DNA of 64,000 bases from Pseudomonadales bacterium (GTDB lineage Bacteria; Pseudomonadota; Gammaproteobacteria; Pseudomonadales; JAUIET01), in contig JBGCDE010000207.1 in NCBI GenBank assembly GCA_045105115.1, positions 20,290 to 84,289 on the forward strand. The letters run 5' to 3'. The notes under the pieces were generated by a model, which made no database searches, had not been told where the DNA came from, and was given only the letters and a program-made list of their open reading frames with translations. The translations under genes and the position numbers were made by a program. The number at the start of each line of letters is the position of its first letter. The stretch's first letter is position 1. This document shows, piece after piece, positions 12,001-18,990 of the stretch.

Positions 12001-14219
12001 CCATCCAGGCTGTCGTTACCGCCTGCACCATCAATGCTGTCATCACCGTCTTTGCCTAACAGAATTTGTTCGCCGTCGTCACCAACGATGGTGTCGGCAA
12101 ACGAAGAACCCGAGATGTCTTCCAAGTTACGTAAACGATCTACCTCAGCACCCATGACGGCCGTTGTAAACCCATTGCTGTCTTTCGCTTCACCGAGATT
12201 TACGCTAACGCCAACCACGGCATCAGAAAAATCAGCAACGTCGTGATCACCTTCACCACCGTCGAGCTCATCGTTACCACGACCGCCTGAAAGCGAATCG
12301 TTACCTAAACCACCAAAAATGGCATTTTCGCCATCAGAGCCTATTATGCGATCATCAAAATCAGACCCAATCAGGTCTTCAATACCGATCAGTGTGTCAA
12401 TGTTGCCGGAGTCGATAACAACGTTGTCCAACGCCAGTCTCATGTCAGCGTCGATGGCTTTTGTTTCACTGGAATAGTCAACAACGTCAGTGCCACTTCC
12501 ACCGATGAGCGTGTCCATGCCGCCGTTGCCAGCCAGCAAATCATTGCCGGCGCCACCGTCCAAACGGTTGTCGGAGCTATTACCAATCAAAGTGTCGTCA
12601 GCAGTACCTGCCAGAATATTCTCAACTTCACGACTGCTGTCAATTTCTGTTAGCGGGCCATTCTCGCCAACACGAATTTCTGAAAAGCCATTCGTCTCAA
12701 CCGAAAGGTCAGCGGTAATAACTTCACTAAGGTCAGCATAGTCAGCGGTATCACTACCAGCGCCACCCACCAAGGTATCATTTCCAACGCCGCCCACGAG
12801 CGTGTCATCGCCTTCAGCGCCGTCTAGAAAGTCGTCATCTCCGGCACCACTGATATGATCGTTACCGGCACCGGACTGTACGGTGTCTTTTCCTACAGCA
12901 CCAACAATGGTGTCGTCACCAAGACCGGTGAAAACACGGTTGTGGTTAGGATTATTAGCCAGCACCCAAACATCTTCGCCACTCTGGTTTACAAAGTTCA
13001 AGTCTTGGGGGCCAAACACGTTGCGAATGGTGAATAGCTGGCTGTCTTCCGAAATGAGAATTGTTTCTGGCGGCGCCTCTATAGGGTTGCCATCCGCATC
13101 TTCGGTTTCTTCATCGAACCGTGAAGTGACTTTGAAGTTAACACTGAAATCACCCTCTGATGGAACCGGATAACTCAGGTTAATATCTACCGCACCGCGC
13201 TCGTTGACTTCAAACTCTTCAAGAGTCCAGGTATTACCTGATTTGGTGGCGCCTTCTATAACAAAGTCGTCCGGCAAACCAGTGAGCTCGAGCTTGTCGA
13301 TCGCAAAGCCGACCGGAAATTGGGGCGATACCTGAATAACACGACTCATGGTTGTTACACCAAAGAAGTCGCTATTGTCAGATTCTACGTAAAGGTTGTC
13401 AGTTGACGTAGAGAAGTTGATTGTTTCGGTGGAAAACTGAGCTTCGTTGCTTGAATCAAATACCGAGGCTTCGGAACCGCCGCCACCTCGTACAATAGTT
13501 GTTTCTACACCGTCTCTGATTTCGCTGCTACTGGACCTGGCCAATTGCAACAGATTCAGATCAAAAAGTGCGATATCGTCTGGTACGGGTGGTGCTTCTT
13601 CCAAGCCAAAGGTAATGGCACTGCTGGTCGCTTGAGAAACAGCCTCGGCTGGTTCAAGAAAGGTGCCCTCATCATCAATAGAGCGTCGGGTCTGATTACC
13701 TTCGTCTTCAAACTCAAACGTGTGTTCTGATTTACTCTGAGCTTGCTCTTGTTGCGTTTTAACTGCTTGTTGCAAAACAACAAGTACTTCTTGTTGCTGC
13801 TGCGCTTCGGCTTCCGCTTCAGCGGCCGCTTCAGCCTTAGCTTCTGACTCAGATTCCGCTTTTTCCAGCGACTGAAAGCTGTCGCGCATAATGCTGGAAA
13901 TAGCGATGAAGTCCTGAACACTGAGGTTACCTACCTCTCCAATTTTCGACAGTAAAACATGCGTTTCGATCAACTCGTCATCAAAGTATATCTCAGGAGA
14001 TTCTTCTTCTTCGAAGAGCAACAACGCAAGACTGTTGAACACAACTTTTGCGTTGTTCGCTTCGTTGGTAACAACAATATCAGAATCAATAATGTCGATT
14101 TTTGCCTCATTAAGGGTCAAATCGCTGATGGTAATCTTTGCCTTGGGCTCCACCGCGACCGAATCGGTGCTATTGGATTCTGCAAGACTGACATTGATAC
14201 TCGCTACTTTCTGAACCAT
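1..14219 (-). CDS. Giant RTX (hemolysin-type Ca-binding repeat) adhesin-like protein, N-terminal 4739 codons; the 3' end lies beyond the left window edge
   Basis: Absent from the ORF track because it has no stop codon in the window. By manual translation the start is ATG at 14219-14217, with an in-frame upstream TGA at 14249-14247. The product begins MVQKVASINVSLAESNSTDS... The first GGxGxD nonapeptides appear from about codon 432: GLGDDTIVGAVGKDTVQSGAGNDHISGAGDDDFLDGAEGDDTLVGGVGNDTLVGGAGSDTADYAD (about 12926-12732). I re-checked the frame at 12732, 10731, 9909, 9399, 8586, 5490, 1125 and 57, and it was the same every time. All 13 minus-strand track ORFs in this span sit in one other frame, and no listed ORF terminates this frame. 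Confidence 0.9.
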   Translation of the reverse strand, partial: MVQKVASINVSLAESNSTDSVAVEPKAKITISDLTLNEAKIDIIDSDIVVTNEANNAKVVFNSLALLLFEEEESPEIYFDDELIETHVLLSKIGEVGNLSVQDFIAISSIMRDSFQSLEKAESESEAKAEAAAEAEAEAQQQQEVLVVLQQAVKTQQEQAQSKSEHTFEFEDEGNQTRRSIDDEGTFLEPAEAVSQATSSAITFGLEEAPPVPDDIALFDLNLLQLARSSSSEIRDGVETTIVRGGGGSEASVFDSSNEAQFSTETINFSTSTDNLYVESDNSDFFGVTTMSRVIQVSPQFPVGFAIDKLELTGLPDDFVIEGATKSGNTWTLEEFEVNERGAVDINLSYPVPSEGDFSVNFKVTSRFDEETEDADGNPIEAPPETILISEDSQLFTIRNVFGPQDLNFVNQSGEDVWVLANNPNHNRVFTGLGDDTIVGAVGKDTVQSGAGNDHISGAGDDDFLDGAEGDDTLVGGVGNDTLVGGAGSDTADYADLSEVITADLSVETNGFSEIRVGENGPLTEIDSSREVENILAGTADDTLIGNSSDNRLDGGAGNDLLAGNGGMDTLIGGSGTDVVDYSSETKAIDADMRLALDNVVIDSGNIDTLIGIEDLIGSDFDDRIIGSDGENAIFGGLGNDSLSGGRGNDELDGGEGDHDVADFSDAVVGVSVNLGEAKDSNGFTTAVMGAEVDRLRNLEDISGSSFADTIVGDDGEQILLGKDGDDSIDGAGGNDSLDGGLGNDLLEGGLGEDTVNASVGSDVFDGGGDVDTIDYSRLAEAGSIAVTLSGAGNAEVILNGDAANADGNNDQLRNVENIIATEGADRLFGDDQDNVLEGLGNDDVLSGGAGDDTLRGGEGRDSADYSLASNGVNIDLSSGIVANDGDGGRDELDGIEDLTGSDHQDTLIGNEEDNVLSGGLEDDILAGRGGDDLLQGGDGSDTASYEFAERAVEIDLSTGQSTIDGDGGLDTYNSIENLSGSTFDDLLIGDDLPAGNVLSGIEGDDTLNGGDGPDTLDGGKGSDLLQASVGGNVYDGGDDAGDTLDYSGLAGAQSVNLTLTASVDATSTVDMGGSSLIDTVRNVENVIGTDGDDTIGGDFLGNDIRGGLGSDTILGGAGSDTLRGGDDALGIDQLRFDDLQGDGVTLSLLSNTASYAADSSVDQFSGFETYASSNQDDLIYSGLGDDIVESLRGEDTFKAGEGNDSLSGGDDADTIDYSDFVGVDSISVTLDGANEATVTVDNGTPGDRSDDDTISLIENVIGSRGDDTLNGEAVELITNVLDGHDGNDTLDGGAGDDSLYGGSNDDLLLGGDGNDYYDGGTQIDTVDYQAGATTGVSVDLSGNNGSDGRGGIDELWNIENVTGTDHADSLIGDHRQNVLLGGNEADTIRGGGGADTLDGGNDSAIDEVRFDDLTGAGIVLNIEDGTARFLGDATIDTLSNFELYYATNQGDILIGSSVQDTIFGLGGNDNFIGSGGDVLDGGAGSDTISYSTLAAANFITVTLNENIATSVSFGGGLADDSITEIENVIGSQGNDSINGDALANELNGGLGNDTIRGGGGSDRLVGGAGNDDLRFDDLSGTGITLNLGVGGLGAGTAFFGGDSSTDTFDEFEQYFLSNQDDVTNSSAGVDIVFGLSGDDLFNTSEGLDVFDGGLGVDTVDYSTLASGGPLNVTLQGAGPATSQINGVDKDTLSEIENVTGTTSADTITGDGEANILRGLGGEDILSGGANADQLFGGTDNDTLRGDAGNDTLFGGAGRDTADYTNAGSGITVDMTAVIPGATADGDSGQDTFDSIENVTGSSSADRITGDSAANELRGEQGNDVIFGGGGSDTLDGGTNTVAGPENDVLRFDDLDNTGVVLNLAASTADYASDGSQDTFNNFEEYFTTNQADQLIGSSGADVVNLLDGEDNIAGSEGADTLDGGDDRDTIDYSQSLASAITVTLQGSAPGLIDRTGTANDDTVTNIENVIGTDGADTFTGDLENNEFQGLNGIDTFNASAGRDTLIGGNQVDTANYENLLGVQNIQAILQGAGSGAVLVTGGGGDTDTIREIENIVATSGADVLIGDDEANTFWGRGNDDTLFGGANNDVLFGEVGDDNLRGGLGDDTLDGGALGSDTADYSLAGAAVTADLGLGRAVNDGDLISGTTFGEDTFVDIENLSGSRFDDTLSGGSGRNIISGEVGADVLRGGGDNDTLDGGAGVDDVADYRSVGSRIVVDLGNEEASNDGDLASDTLLNIEHVWGSANDDEITGNLESNELLGNEGNDTLAGGAAADTLNGGSDVGDGDIDFADYSAGGAVTVNLGDGLATEDGFGRIDTLIEIEGVIGSSGDDLLTGDANNNVLDGADGFDTLIGAGGQDTLIGGNDIDTADYSDAANAVNVDLDVGGGLGAAIDDGDNSSDQLQTIENVIGSDNNDTIVGSGQENVLEGGDGNDDLYGAAGNDTLRGGDQAGTVDTANYSQAGTGVTVDLSIERALQDGDGGVDVLEGIENVVGTGEDDLIRGDANANVLDGGNRSDTLEGGGGIDTLRGGNHSDTASYENSNTRVEVDMVLGRTSDDGDGASDFLIDIENIIGSDGDDLIYGDNNVGGNLLEGGLGADILRGRGGQDTLDGGTGASRDIADYSEAGAIIVDLGAGQAFQDGDGSSDDLININDVIGSDQGDVITGDSSVNILRGEDGSDVLAGLQGADTLIGGDHAGTVDTASYSSLSLVNGVNVDLSNLRANDDGFGFVDRLEGIENVLGSRHADTIQGGAGANLIEGELEDDVLLASGNASLTDRDTLDGGAGEDVADYSGLAGVTSIAIAFDDTIVGGSQATTVAVNGTDKDILIDVENITTGASNDAIRGNGEDNRISAGAGDDTVWGGGGSDFLDGGTETTADQLRFDDLGGVGVVLDLVNGQASYSADGSTDTYVNFEEYYLTNQADTILGSSGADEVYSLGGEDVFRASEGRDTLDGGNQADTIDFRTLTTASFINLVLNGTAPATVLVDNNVAHADNDTLTNIENVIGTTGADTITGDTFNNRIEGFDGNDTLSGGDGQDTLLGGEGADEFLHSNGANRFEGGNGIDTINYSSLGGANPIRVQLNGAGDSAVTVIGGDSDTVAEVENVIGTAGSDFLQGDGAANRLEGLAGNDTFIGGAGGDTLDGGVGTDWADYSDPLPGVDHIEVTLNGAGSTEVTVVGGSNDILIDIENLVGSTGGDLLIGDDRVNDLDGGDGADTLVGAVGQDSLRGGTGVDTADYSREVDIDSISVTLNGGSEADVNVNRTVGADEVDKVYAIENVIGTAGNDTIFGDAQQNTLEGRAGDDTIRGGLGSDTLDGGADNNTLSYEDFSAGVTTDMNIVTSGFFSVAVNGDVADQATNFRDVIGSAGNDDITGDAQDNTITGNAGTDSLDGGDGNDSLLGGNEADTLIGGVGNDTLRGGNAEDRLDGGDGDDLYQGESGWDRLVASAGNDTLDGGGGTDTADYSYLNASSDSITVDLDGGTDADVLVNADPDETDTIRFVERVIGSAGDDSLTGDGQVNYFWAGDGADTLSGADGSENHLFGQDGDDLFLGSSAANEFDGGNDIDTIDYQNQANLASVSVTLGEGTDTASVILAGVGGSSVADDTAIDIENIIGSEDGDDELTGNSEDNEITALLGDDVIAGRGGNDTLDGGGGIEDTVSYEDAASEGVIVDLLAGEATQDGDLGQDTLSGFEHVTGSDFGDSITGSGDANDIHGLDGDDTIVASLGADEIDGGAQTNGDWLDYSDAAFTSIQIELNGGTPEEVTVNGGGVDNDVVHDIENVIGTGGNDSITGDGSVNVFDAGAGDDTLRGGEGNDTLDGGTGDNTLSYDYTISPITVDMSSAVSGVFTVAVAGSETDTVSNIIHLDGSLGADSITGDAQDNILRGLDRNDTIRGGAGNDTLEGGGDHDDLDGGDGNDSISGGSGWDWMRDSLGADSYSGGGSFDTIDYRAHSSATSIELRLDASATPTTVTVNGGLGADDDQITGIERVYATAGDDTLTGATGANNVLWGMDGSDSFVAVGGNDGVYGGTGTNDSLDYSSVASGLSVNMNILSVDAWNQTSYTITIGGTETDRVNGMETITGTTGNDTFWIAPNMEINGDDGNDQLYSYGANVTMNGGAGTDTIHVRGTHANNVIDAGADNDVVKFFGGGNTAEGGTETDRITYDETTRAIVLDLEDSGDTTVIVSGVTNDTISGFENITGSRSQDSITGNNIANLINGHLGNDTIFASTGADTLVGGNSNLDADTVDYSSFSAANSITVTLSGNTAATVAIAGGLDAQTISQIENVVGSAGNDSITGDVNGNVIDGSGGDDTVFGSLGSDTLDGGAHVTADVLSYQGITDTMTLDLANGLATVNTAGINTSFFSNFEQYIASNQADTISGSAGADSVSGADGNDIFNASSGLDTLDGGNQNDTLSYEALGGITNISVNLGDNGAPTTVTVVDGDDDSISNIENITGSAGNDIISGNNLVNVLDGALGSDTLDGAGGADTLRGQAGDDVFIGSTGGDTLEGGANNDTVDYSGLAGAGLNSIEVTLDGGNEVDVTLNGLADDDRISAIENVIGSSGADQITGDTLANVLSGGGQNDTLIGAAGADTLEGGSGNDSVTGGTGSDDIIAGAGNDTIDGGDDIDTLDYSSYGASISVQLSEGTPANVSVGGALEDIVSNVENIIGTAGTDSIGGDDRVNVLEGGENNDTLSGGGGNDTLAGGNGFDRVDYTGAGGPVTVNLSITGAGPQ

Positions 14220-14443
14220 CTTTGCTTTTGCTCTCGTTTTTAGGTGTCAGGCAAATACGACCACACAAAAAATTTGCACGGACGTATTCAATAAGCGTAG
14301 AAAAAGCACCTAATATGGCTAGTTAGCGATCAAAGTGTTAAGTGGTTTATGTCAAGTATCGGACAGGCGTCACAGAATTGACGAGAGCGTGGTCGTTTAT
14401 CAAACAAACTACAGGTTGTTTTTTATTCAGCTTGAACTAAACG

Positions 14444-16579
14444 CTATGCAGGCGTGTTTTCGATTGATTGAAAATTAAGCGAAACCGCGTTTAGCATGCG
14501 TTTGAAGCTGTTAAGGAAGTCAGAATTTGAGTAATGCGCCTCTATATGACGCTGTGCAGCTTGCACCGTATTTCTGCGCATCTCGGCGTTGTCCAGAGTC
14601 GCCAACAAGATAGTTCCCCAATCGGCTGGATTACTCACCAAGGTACCGCGGCTTCTACCAATCACCTCACGATATACTGAGTGATTACTGGCCACTACGC
14701 TCGCGCCTACCGCACTGTACTCTAGCCACTTTGTATTCGACTTATGCCGGTTGAACCGTATGTTACTCAGCGGACACAGGCCAACAGACCAGCGTCTGCT
14801 CGCCAAAATGCTTAAGAATTGATCGTAATTCCAGTCGGGTGGAATAACCCTGACTCTATCGCCAAATCGCTCAAGCTGGTGTGGTTTAGGAATAGTGCCC
14901 AGTAGCTCAAACTCTGCTTCAGGCCTTTGGTCGAGTACGGCTACTATTCCATCAAGAGCCAGTGCCAGGTCTTGCTCATGCCCAAACCCCATATAGCCGA
15001 AACGCAGAGGCTGAGTTTGATCATAAGTCTGCATCACCTGCCCCGGACACAATCTTTGCGCCGTATGAATAGGTGTATTGAAACGCTGACTTTTCAAAGC
15101 CTCACTAAGTGAAGGGGTCGCAGAATAAATCAGGTCTGCTTCGCGCAGCTGGTAACGTAAGCGCTCCTGGCGGACCGGATCGGAATAGAACTTGTGTTTA
15201 TCCAAACCAATATCAAGCGGTACGTCTAATAAATTATCATCGAGACAGCAGACCACCCGTGCGCCTTGCTGCTTCGCTTTTCGCAAAATTCCCTGGGCAT
15301 GCTGCCCCGTGTAACGACAAAACACCACAAGGTCTGGCTGATAGCGCGACAACACTCTATCTGCATAGGTACGAAACACCAGAGTTCCTGCGCCACGCAC
15401 TCTGCCAACGGCGCCGATATCAAGCTCTGTCAGCACCTCGCACTCAATATCGCCCGCATCGATCACGTCACGTAAAGGATGAGTGAACGCCAATTGCAAG
15501 GTCGGCAAGTTAGTAGAGTTCGCGACCAGTAGCATTTTCAAAGGTGAGCTTTTTCTGGCCCTCGTTACGACTGATGATTTATTTTGGGCGGCACGGTATT
15601 CATTGGCCGCTACCTGCTTTAGCGGCAAATAGACGCGCTGCATGAATCGTTCGAACGCGCCATGTTCTGTCTGTGTCTCGATTGACGCTTGATAACTACG
15701 CTGCAGGCGCTCTCGTTTGCGATTAGCCTGAATGACTTGCTTGTGTGGAACGAAACCAGCCTCTTCATCTATACCATGATATTTTTTTCGATTCTGCTCT
15801 GATATCACTGAGCTATTAGTCCGTGAAATATCATTCAGCTCTTCCAGCAGAGAAGGTCGCGCGTAAGCCAATTTGATTTCAGTTTCAATGCTCTCACGGC
15901 TTATTGCGCCTTCTTGAAGCATTTGATGTAATGTTGATACCCATAAATGACCATGTTTGTTAGCTGCTGAGACCCAGGGTTGCGTGTGCATATCGGTGAA
16001 ATGCAGATTGCAGGTAGAATCATCCCAATACTCCAGACTGTTCCATTGCGGCGGAATGGCGTAGCCCAACTCATGGTCTTCCAATATACAAAGCTCATTC
16101 ATCAGTTCTTTATAGGTGTACTGTCCGTCTAACCCCGCGATGATGTCTTCTGCGTTCCATTCCAGGCGGCCGCAATCCAGCACGCAGACCGCGGTTTGTT
16201 TAGGCCTTCGTTTTTTTTTGAACAATCTGGTATTTGTTTTTTTGGCGATTACATCACTTTGAATCAACATCTTGTGCCCATTCATGGGAATGTCCCACAA
16301 ATCACCAATATCAGAAAACACCAACATGTCAGCGTCCATGTAGATGGCCTTACCTTTATTGCCCGCAAGCTTTGGAATGGCGAATCGGCTGAATGAAAAA
16401 CCTGTGCGCGCAAGTTGACGCTTATCGGTCGGCTCTGGAAGCTCTACATGCTCCAGACTGTGAATCTGAAATGGGCGTTGCGTGTGCTTTGCAATACTGT
16501 ATTCCAGCACCTGCAAACCGATGCGCTGCGAGCGATCGGTACCTACATAGATTTGAATGGTTGCTGTGTTATGGGTCAT
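14444..16579 (-). CDS. Two-domain glycosyltransferase (GT8-like N-terminal domain plus GT-B/GT4-like C-terminal domain), cytoplasmic
   Basis: 711-aa ORF with no signal peptide. The N-terminal domain starts IQIYVGTD and has a DxD motif in AIYMDADMLVF, typical of GT8. The C-terminal ~350 aa has a GT-B-like pattern (KWLEYSAVGASVVASNHSVYREVI). Its stop lies 224 bp upstream of the RTX start codon on the same strand. Confidence 0.75.
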   Translation of the reverse strand: MTHNTATIQIYVGTDRSQRIGLQVLEYSIAKHTQRPFQIHSLEHVELPEPTDKRQLARTGFSFSRFAIPKLAGNKGKAIYMDADMLVFSDIGDLWDIPMNGHKMLIQSDVIAKKTNTRLFKKKRRPKQTAVCVLDCGRLEWNAEDIIAGLDGQYTYKELMNELCILEDHELGYAIPPQWNSLEYWDDSTCNLHFTDMHTQPWVSAANKHGHLWVSTLHQMLQEGAISRESIETEIKLAYARPSLLEELNDISRTNSSVISEQNRKKYHGIDEEAGFVPHKQVIQANRKRERLQRSYQASIETQTEHGAFERFMQRVYLPLKQVAANEYRAAQNKSSVVTRARKSSPLKMLLVANSTNLPTLQLAFTHPLRDVIDAGDIECEVLTELDIGAVGRVRGAGTLVFRTYADRVLSRYQPDLVVFCRYTGQHAQGILRKAKQQGARVVCCLDDNLLDVPLDIGLDKHKFYSDPVRQERLRYQLREADLIYSATPSLSEALKSQRFNTPIHTAQRLCPGQVMQTYDQTQPLRFGYMGFGHEQDLALALDGIVAVLDQRPEAEFELLGTIPKPHQLERFGDRVRVIPPDWNYDQFLSILASRRWSVGLCPLSNIRFNRHKSNTKWLEYSAVGASVVASNHSVYREVIGRSRGTLVSNPADWGTILLATLDNAEMRRNTVQAAQRHIEAHYSNSDFLNSFKRMLNAVSLNFQSIENTPA

Positions 16580-16785
16580 CCTTGCCCGCTCTTGCCCGAT
16601 ATAGTTCTCTTTGGAAAACGCCCAAAGCCCACATTATGTGGCCACGTGCATCAACATGCTGAGAGTACGGCGTCCTTGCTGTATTTTTGCTTTATTCTTT
16701 TCTCTACTCACCCAGTGTAGTTCAAAAAGCGGAAATTCACTGCTTGAATGGCACTAATCCCATGCTGAGCACGGCCTGGCTGTTC

Positions 16786-18990
16786 TCAGTGCAATCGAAT
16801 TTGAGCTTGCTGAGTTGCACGCTCGGTGATCACCCCGATACGTTGTATGCTAGCACCGGCATCCAGCAATTTCTTCTCTTCGTCGCGAGAAAGAATGATC
16901 AGCATGCCCCCATTAGTTTGTGGGTCTAACAGCAAATCTCTTTGAATATTTGAGACTGAATCAGAAATTTCACAGCTGTTAAGATAGTGCTGCAACTCAG
17001 GAAACAAACTGGAATGGCAACCATCTGCAATCAGGCGCTCCGCTCCCGGTAAGGCTGGAATAGCGGCTAACTCTAACTGAGCCGCAAACCCTTCTGCGGG
17101 CAACATTTCCAACAAGTGCCCAATTAGACCAAAGCCACTAATATCGGTTACCGAGCTTGGTAACGTTCCATGCAACAACTGCCACAAACTTCGATTACTG
17201 CCCAACATGCTACTCAGTGTTGAATCTAGCTCACTCACGGTAGCAAGTGATTGCATATCAGCAGCCAGTACAACACCCGTACCCAGACCCTTATTCATCA
17301 CAATGACGTCGTCATGGTTTGCTCCACACTTGGACCAACGATTCGTCAAGGACAGTTCGCCATTCACCACAACGCCGAGATGATCTTCAGCACCTTCTGA
17401 ACTGTGACCGCCAGCCAGTGCCGCCTCATGCATCAGCAAAGCGTCACTAACACCATTCATCATTCTTAGATGGTCACGTTGCTGTAAGCGTGAATGCGCA
17501 AATTTTAAATTTGCCCATACTTGCACGTACTTCGGAGTTGCACCCATTGCGTACAAGTCGTTCATCGCATGATGCACCGCAATCATCGCAAACAAATAAT
17601 GGTCTTCAGTGAAACTGCGAAAGCCGTCGATACTTTGCACCATGGCCATATTGCTTGAAGGTTGCCAAACGACAGCGTCTTCAATCGTATGCAGCGCTGA
17701 ATGTAAGCTTTCGCTATCAGCAGCAGGCAGCTTGGCCAAATTTTCATATAAACCTGCGGGACCCAACTTGCTTCCACAGCCTGCACAATGCATCTTCTCT
17801 TCCGCATTCCCGACACCTGGCCCTGTAGACGAACCCGCCGCCGACACCATTGAATCGTTTTTCGATAGCTCGGAAAACTGTCGCATAAACGCCGCATCAA
17901 TTGAATTCTTCCAGCGCCAGACCCAGCGACCAGACAAGGTCAGACCATTTCGACAAGCTATTGCCGATTTATCTCCCAATGTTATCAATCTTAGGAATTC
18001 AGATTGCAACCGCACTTTTTTATATGCATCTTTAGAAAAAAATCGACGAAGATTCTCAGCCAGATAAGGTGCTTGTCTTACCGCATACACTCCGGCTTTT
18101 GGTTTGGGGTCATTAACCAAACAAGCGATATCACCTGCTGCAAATACATTGTCATGAGAAATACTTTGCAAATAGTCATTAACGTTTATAAAACCTTTAT
18201 CGTCGCAGTCAAGGCCACTCCCAGATGGCCAACCTGCTGCAACGGCATCGGTACTAACAAACACTTTGTCCATTGGCAGGAATTCATCGTTACTGGACCA
18301 AACACCTTCGGCAGTCACCTTACTTAAGGTGAAACCTGCGTGCTGTTCTACTTTCAACAGGGCGAGCTGCGCATTTGCAATTTCAACAGCTTTAGTCGTT
18401 GTTCCCGGCATTACATGCTCGCTGTTGTACAACAAGTGTAATCGGCAGTTATCACGGTCTCGCAAACGGTGCGCAAGCGACAGACATAACTCTGTGCCGC
18501 CAACACCAGCACCAACAACTGCAATACGCTGTAGCGTTGCTTGATTTTGCAGTACACCTTCCAGCTCTGCCCATTGACGATGGAACTGGGCAATCGGCTT
18601 CACACCGGTTGCGTATTCATACCCTTCAATTGAATCGAAAGAAGGACAAGAGCCGGTATCAATTGACAGGCAATCGTAAGACAGCGGCGCCTGGTTTTCT
18701 ATGTGTACTTCACGCGCGTCAAGCTCAAGATCAATCACTCGACCTTTTATAAAGCGAATACCCGCTGCCCTGCATAAGGCATTAAGATTAATTAGCGTAT
18801 CTGATTTTTCGAAATGGCCGGCTATGTAACCTGGCAACATACCTGAGTAGGGCGTATCACCCTGCTCAGACACCAGCGTAATGCGCACCTCTGGAATAGC
18901 TTTCATGGCAAACGATTTTATGGCCAGCACATGAGCGTGCCCGCCGCCAAGTAACACCAGATCGTGTTTGTAGAAGGGCACACTATTCAT
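16786..18990 (-). CDS. selD: Selenide, water dikinase SelD fused to an N-terminal FAD/NAD(P) pyridine-nucleotide-disulfide oxidoreductase (NDH-2-like) domain
   Basis: The SelD N-terminal motif HCAGCGSKLGP aligns with E. coli GAGCGCK and keeps the Cys17 and Lys20 equivalents. The N-terminal half carries dinucleotide-binding motifs VLLGGGHAHV and VVGAGVGGTEL. The longest ORF starts at 19044. I prefer the ATG at 18990 (MNSVPFYKHD), which overlaps the selU stop as ATGAATAG. Confidence 0.85.
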   Translation of the reverse strand: MNSVPFYKHDLVLLGGGHAHVLAIKSFAMKAIPEVRITLVSEQGDTPYSGMLPGYIAGHFEKSDTLINLNALCRAAGIRFIKGRVIDLELDAREVHIENQAPLSYDCLSIDTGSCPSFDSIEGYEYATGVKPIAQFHRQWAELEGVLQNQATLQRIAVVGAGVGGTELCLSLAHRLRDRDNCRLHLLYNSEHVMPGTTTKAVEIANAQLALLKVEQHAGFTLSKVTAEGVWSSNDEFLPMDKVFVSTDAVAAGWPSGSGLDCDDKGFINVNDYLQSISHDNVFAAGDIACLVNDPKPKAGVYAVRQAPYLAENLRRFFSKDAYKKVRLQSEFLRLITLGDKSAIACRNGLTLSGRWVWRWKNSIDAAFMRQFSELSKNDSMVSAAGSSTGPGVGNAEEKMHCAGCGSKLGPAGLYENLAKLPAADSESLHSALHTIEDAVVWQPSSNMAMVQSIDGFRSFTEDHYLFAMIAVHHAMNDLYAMGATPKYVQVWANLKFAHSRLQQRDHLRMMNGVSDALLMHEAALAGGHSSEGAEDHLGVVVNGELSLTNRWSKCGANHDDVIVMNKGLGTGVVLAADMQSLATVSELDSTLSSMLGSNRSLWQLLHGTLPSSVTDISGFGLIGHLLEMLPAEGFAAQLELAAIPALPGAERLIADGCHSSLFPELQHYLNSCEISDSVSNIQRDLLLDPQTNGGMLIILSRDEEKKLLDAGASIQRIGVITERATQQAQIRLH

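Noticed and set aside
38-14243. About 75 short ORFs (60-121 aa) listed by the track on the plus strand and in one minus-strand frame across the RTX region. Many are Ser/Pro-rich (MSLPS..., MSPPV...), and one is a Lys/Arg-rich 121-aa ORF at 13556-13921.
   Set aside because: They are shadow frames of the giant RTX gene. The Gly/Asp/Thr-rich GGxGxD codons read as Ser/Pro/Val runs on the antisense and shifted frames. None has its own start context or a recognisable family, and all lie fully inside the 1-14219 CDS.
14220-14443. A promoter or small RNA in the 224-bp gap upstream of the RTX gene. It contains a TTGACA hexamer and a weak AU-rich hairpin near the glycosyltransferase stop.
   Set aside because: There is no acceptable -10 element at 16-19 bp from the TTGACA. 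The hairpin is a short, AU-rich (A/U-dominated) stem of about 6 bp without a U-tract. I cannot support a specific site.
15109-15486. A 125-aa plus-strand ORF and several 60-70-aa ORFs inside the glycosyltransferase gene.
   Set aside because: They are fully nested antisense or off-frame within a 711-aa ORF that has clear GT motifs, and they have no recognisable features of their own.
17583-18752. ORFs of 105-152 aa overlapping selD (17583-17900 minus; 17609-18067, 18004-18327, 18266-18544 and 18399-18752 plus).
   Set aside because: They are nested in the selD fusion gene, whose motifs are unambiguous. They have no independent support.
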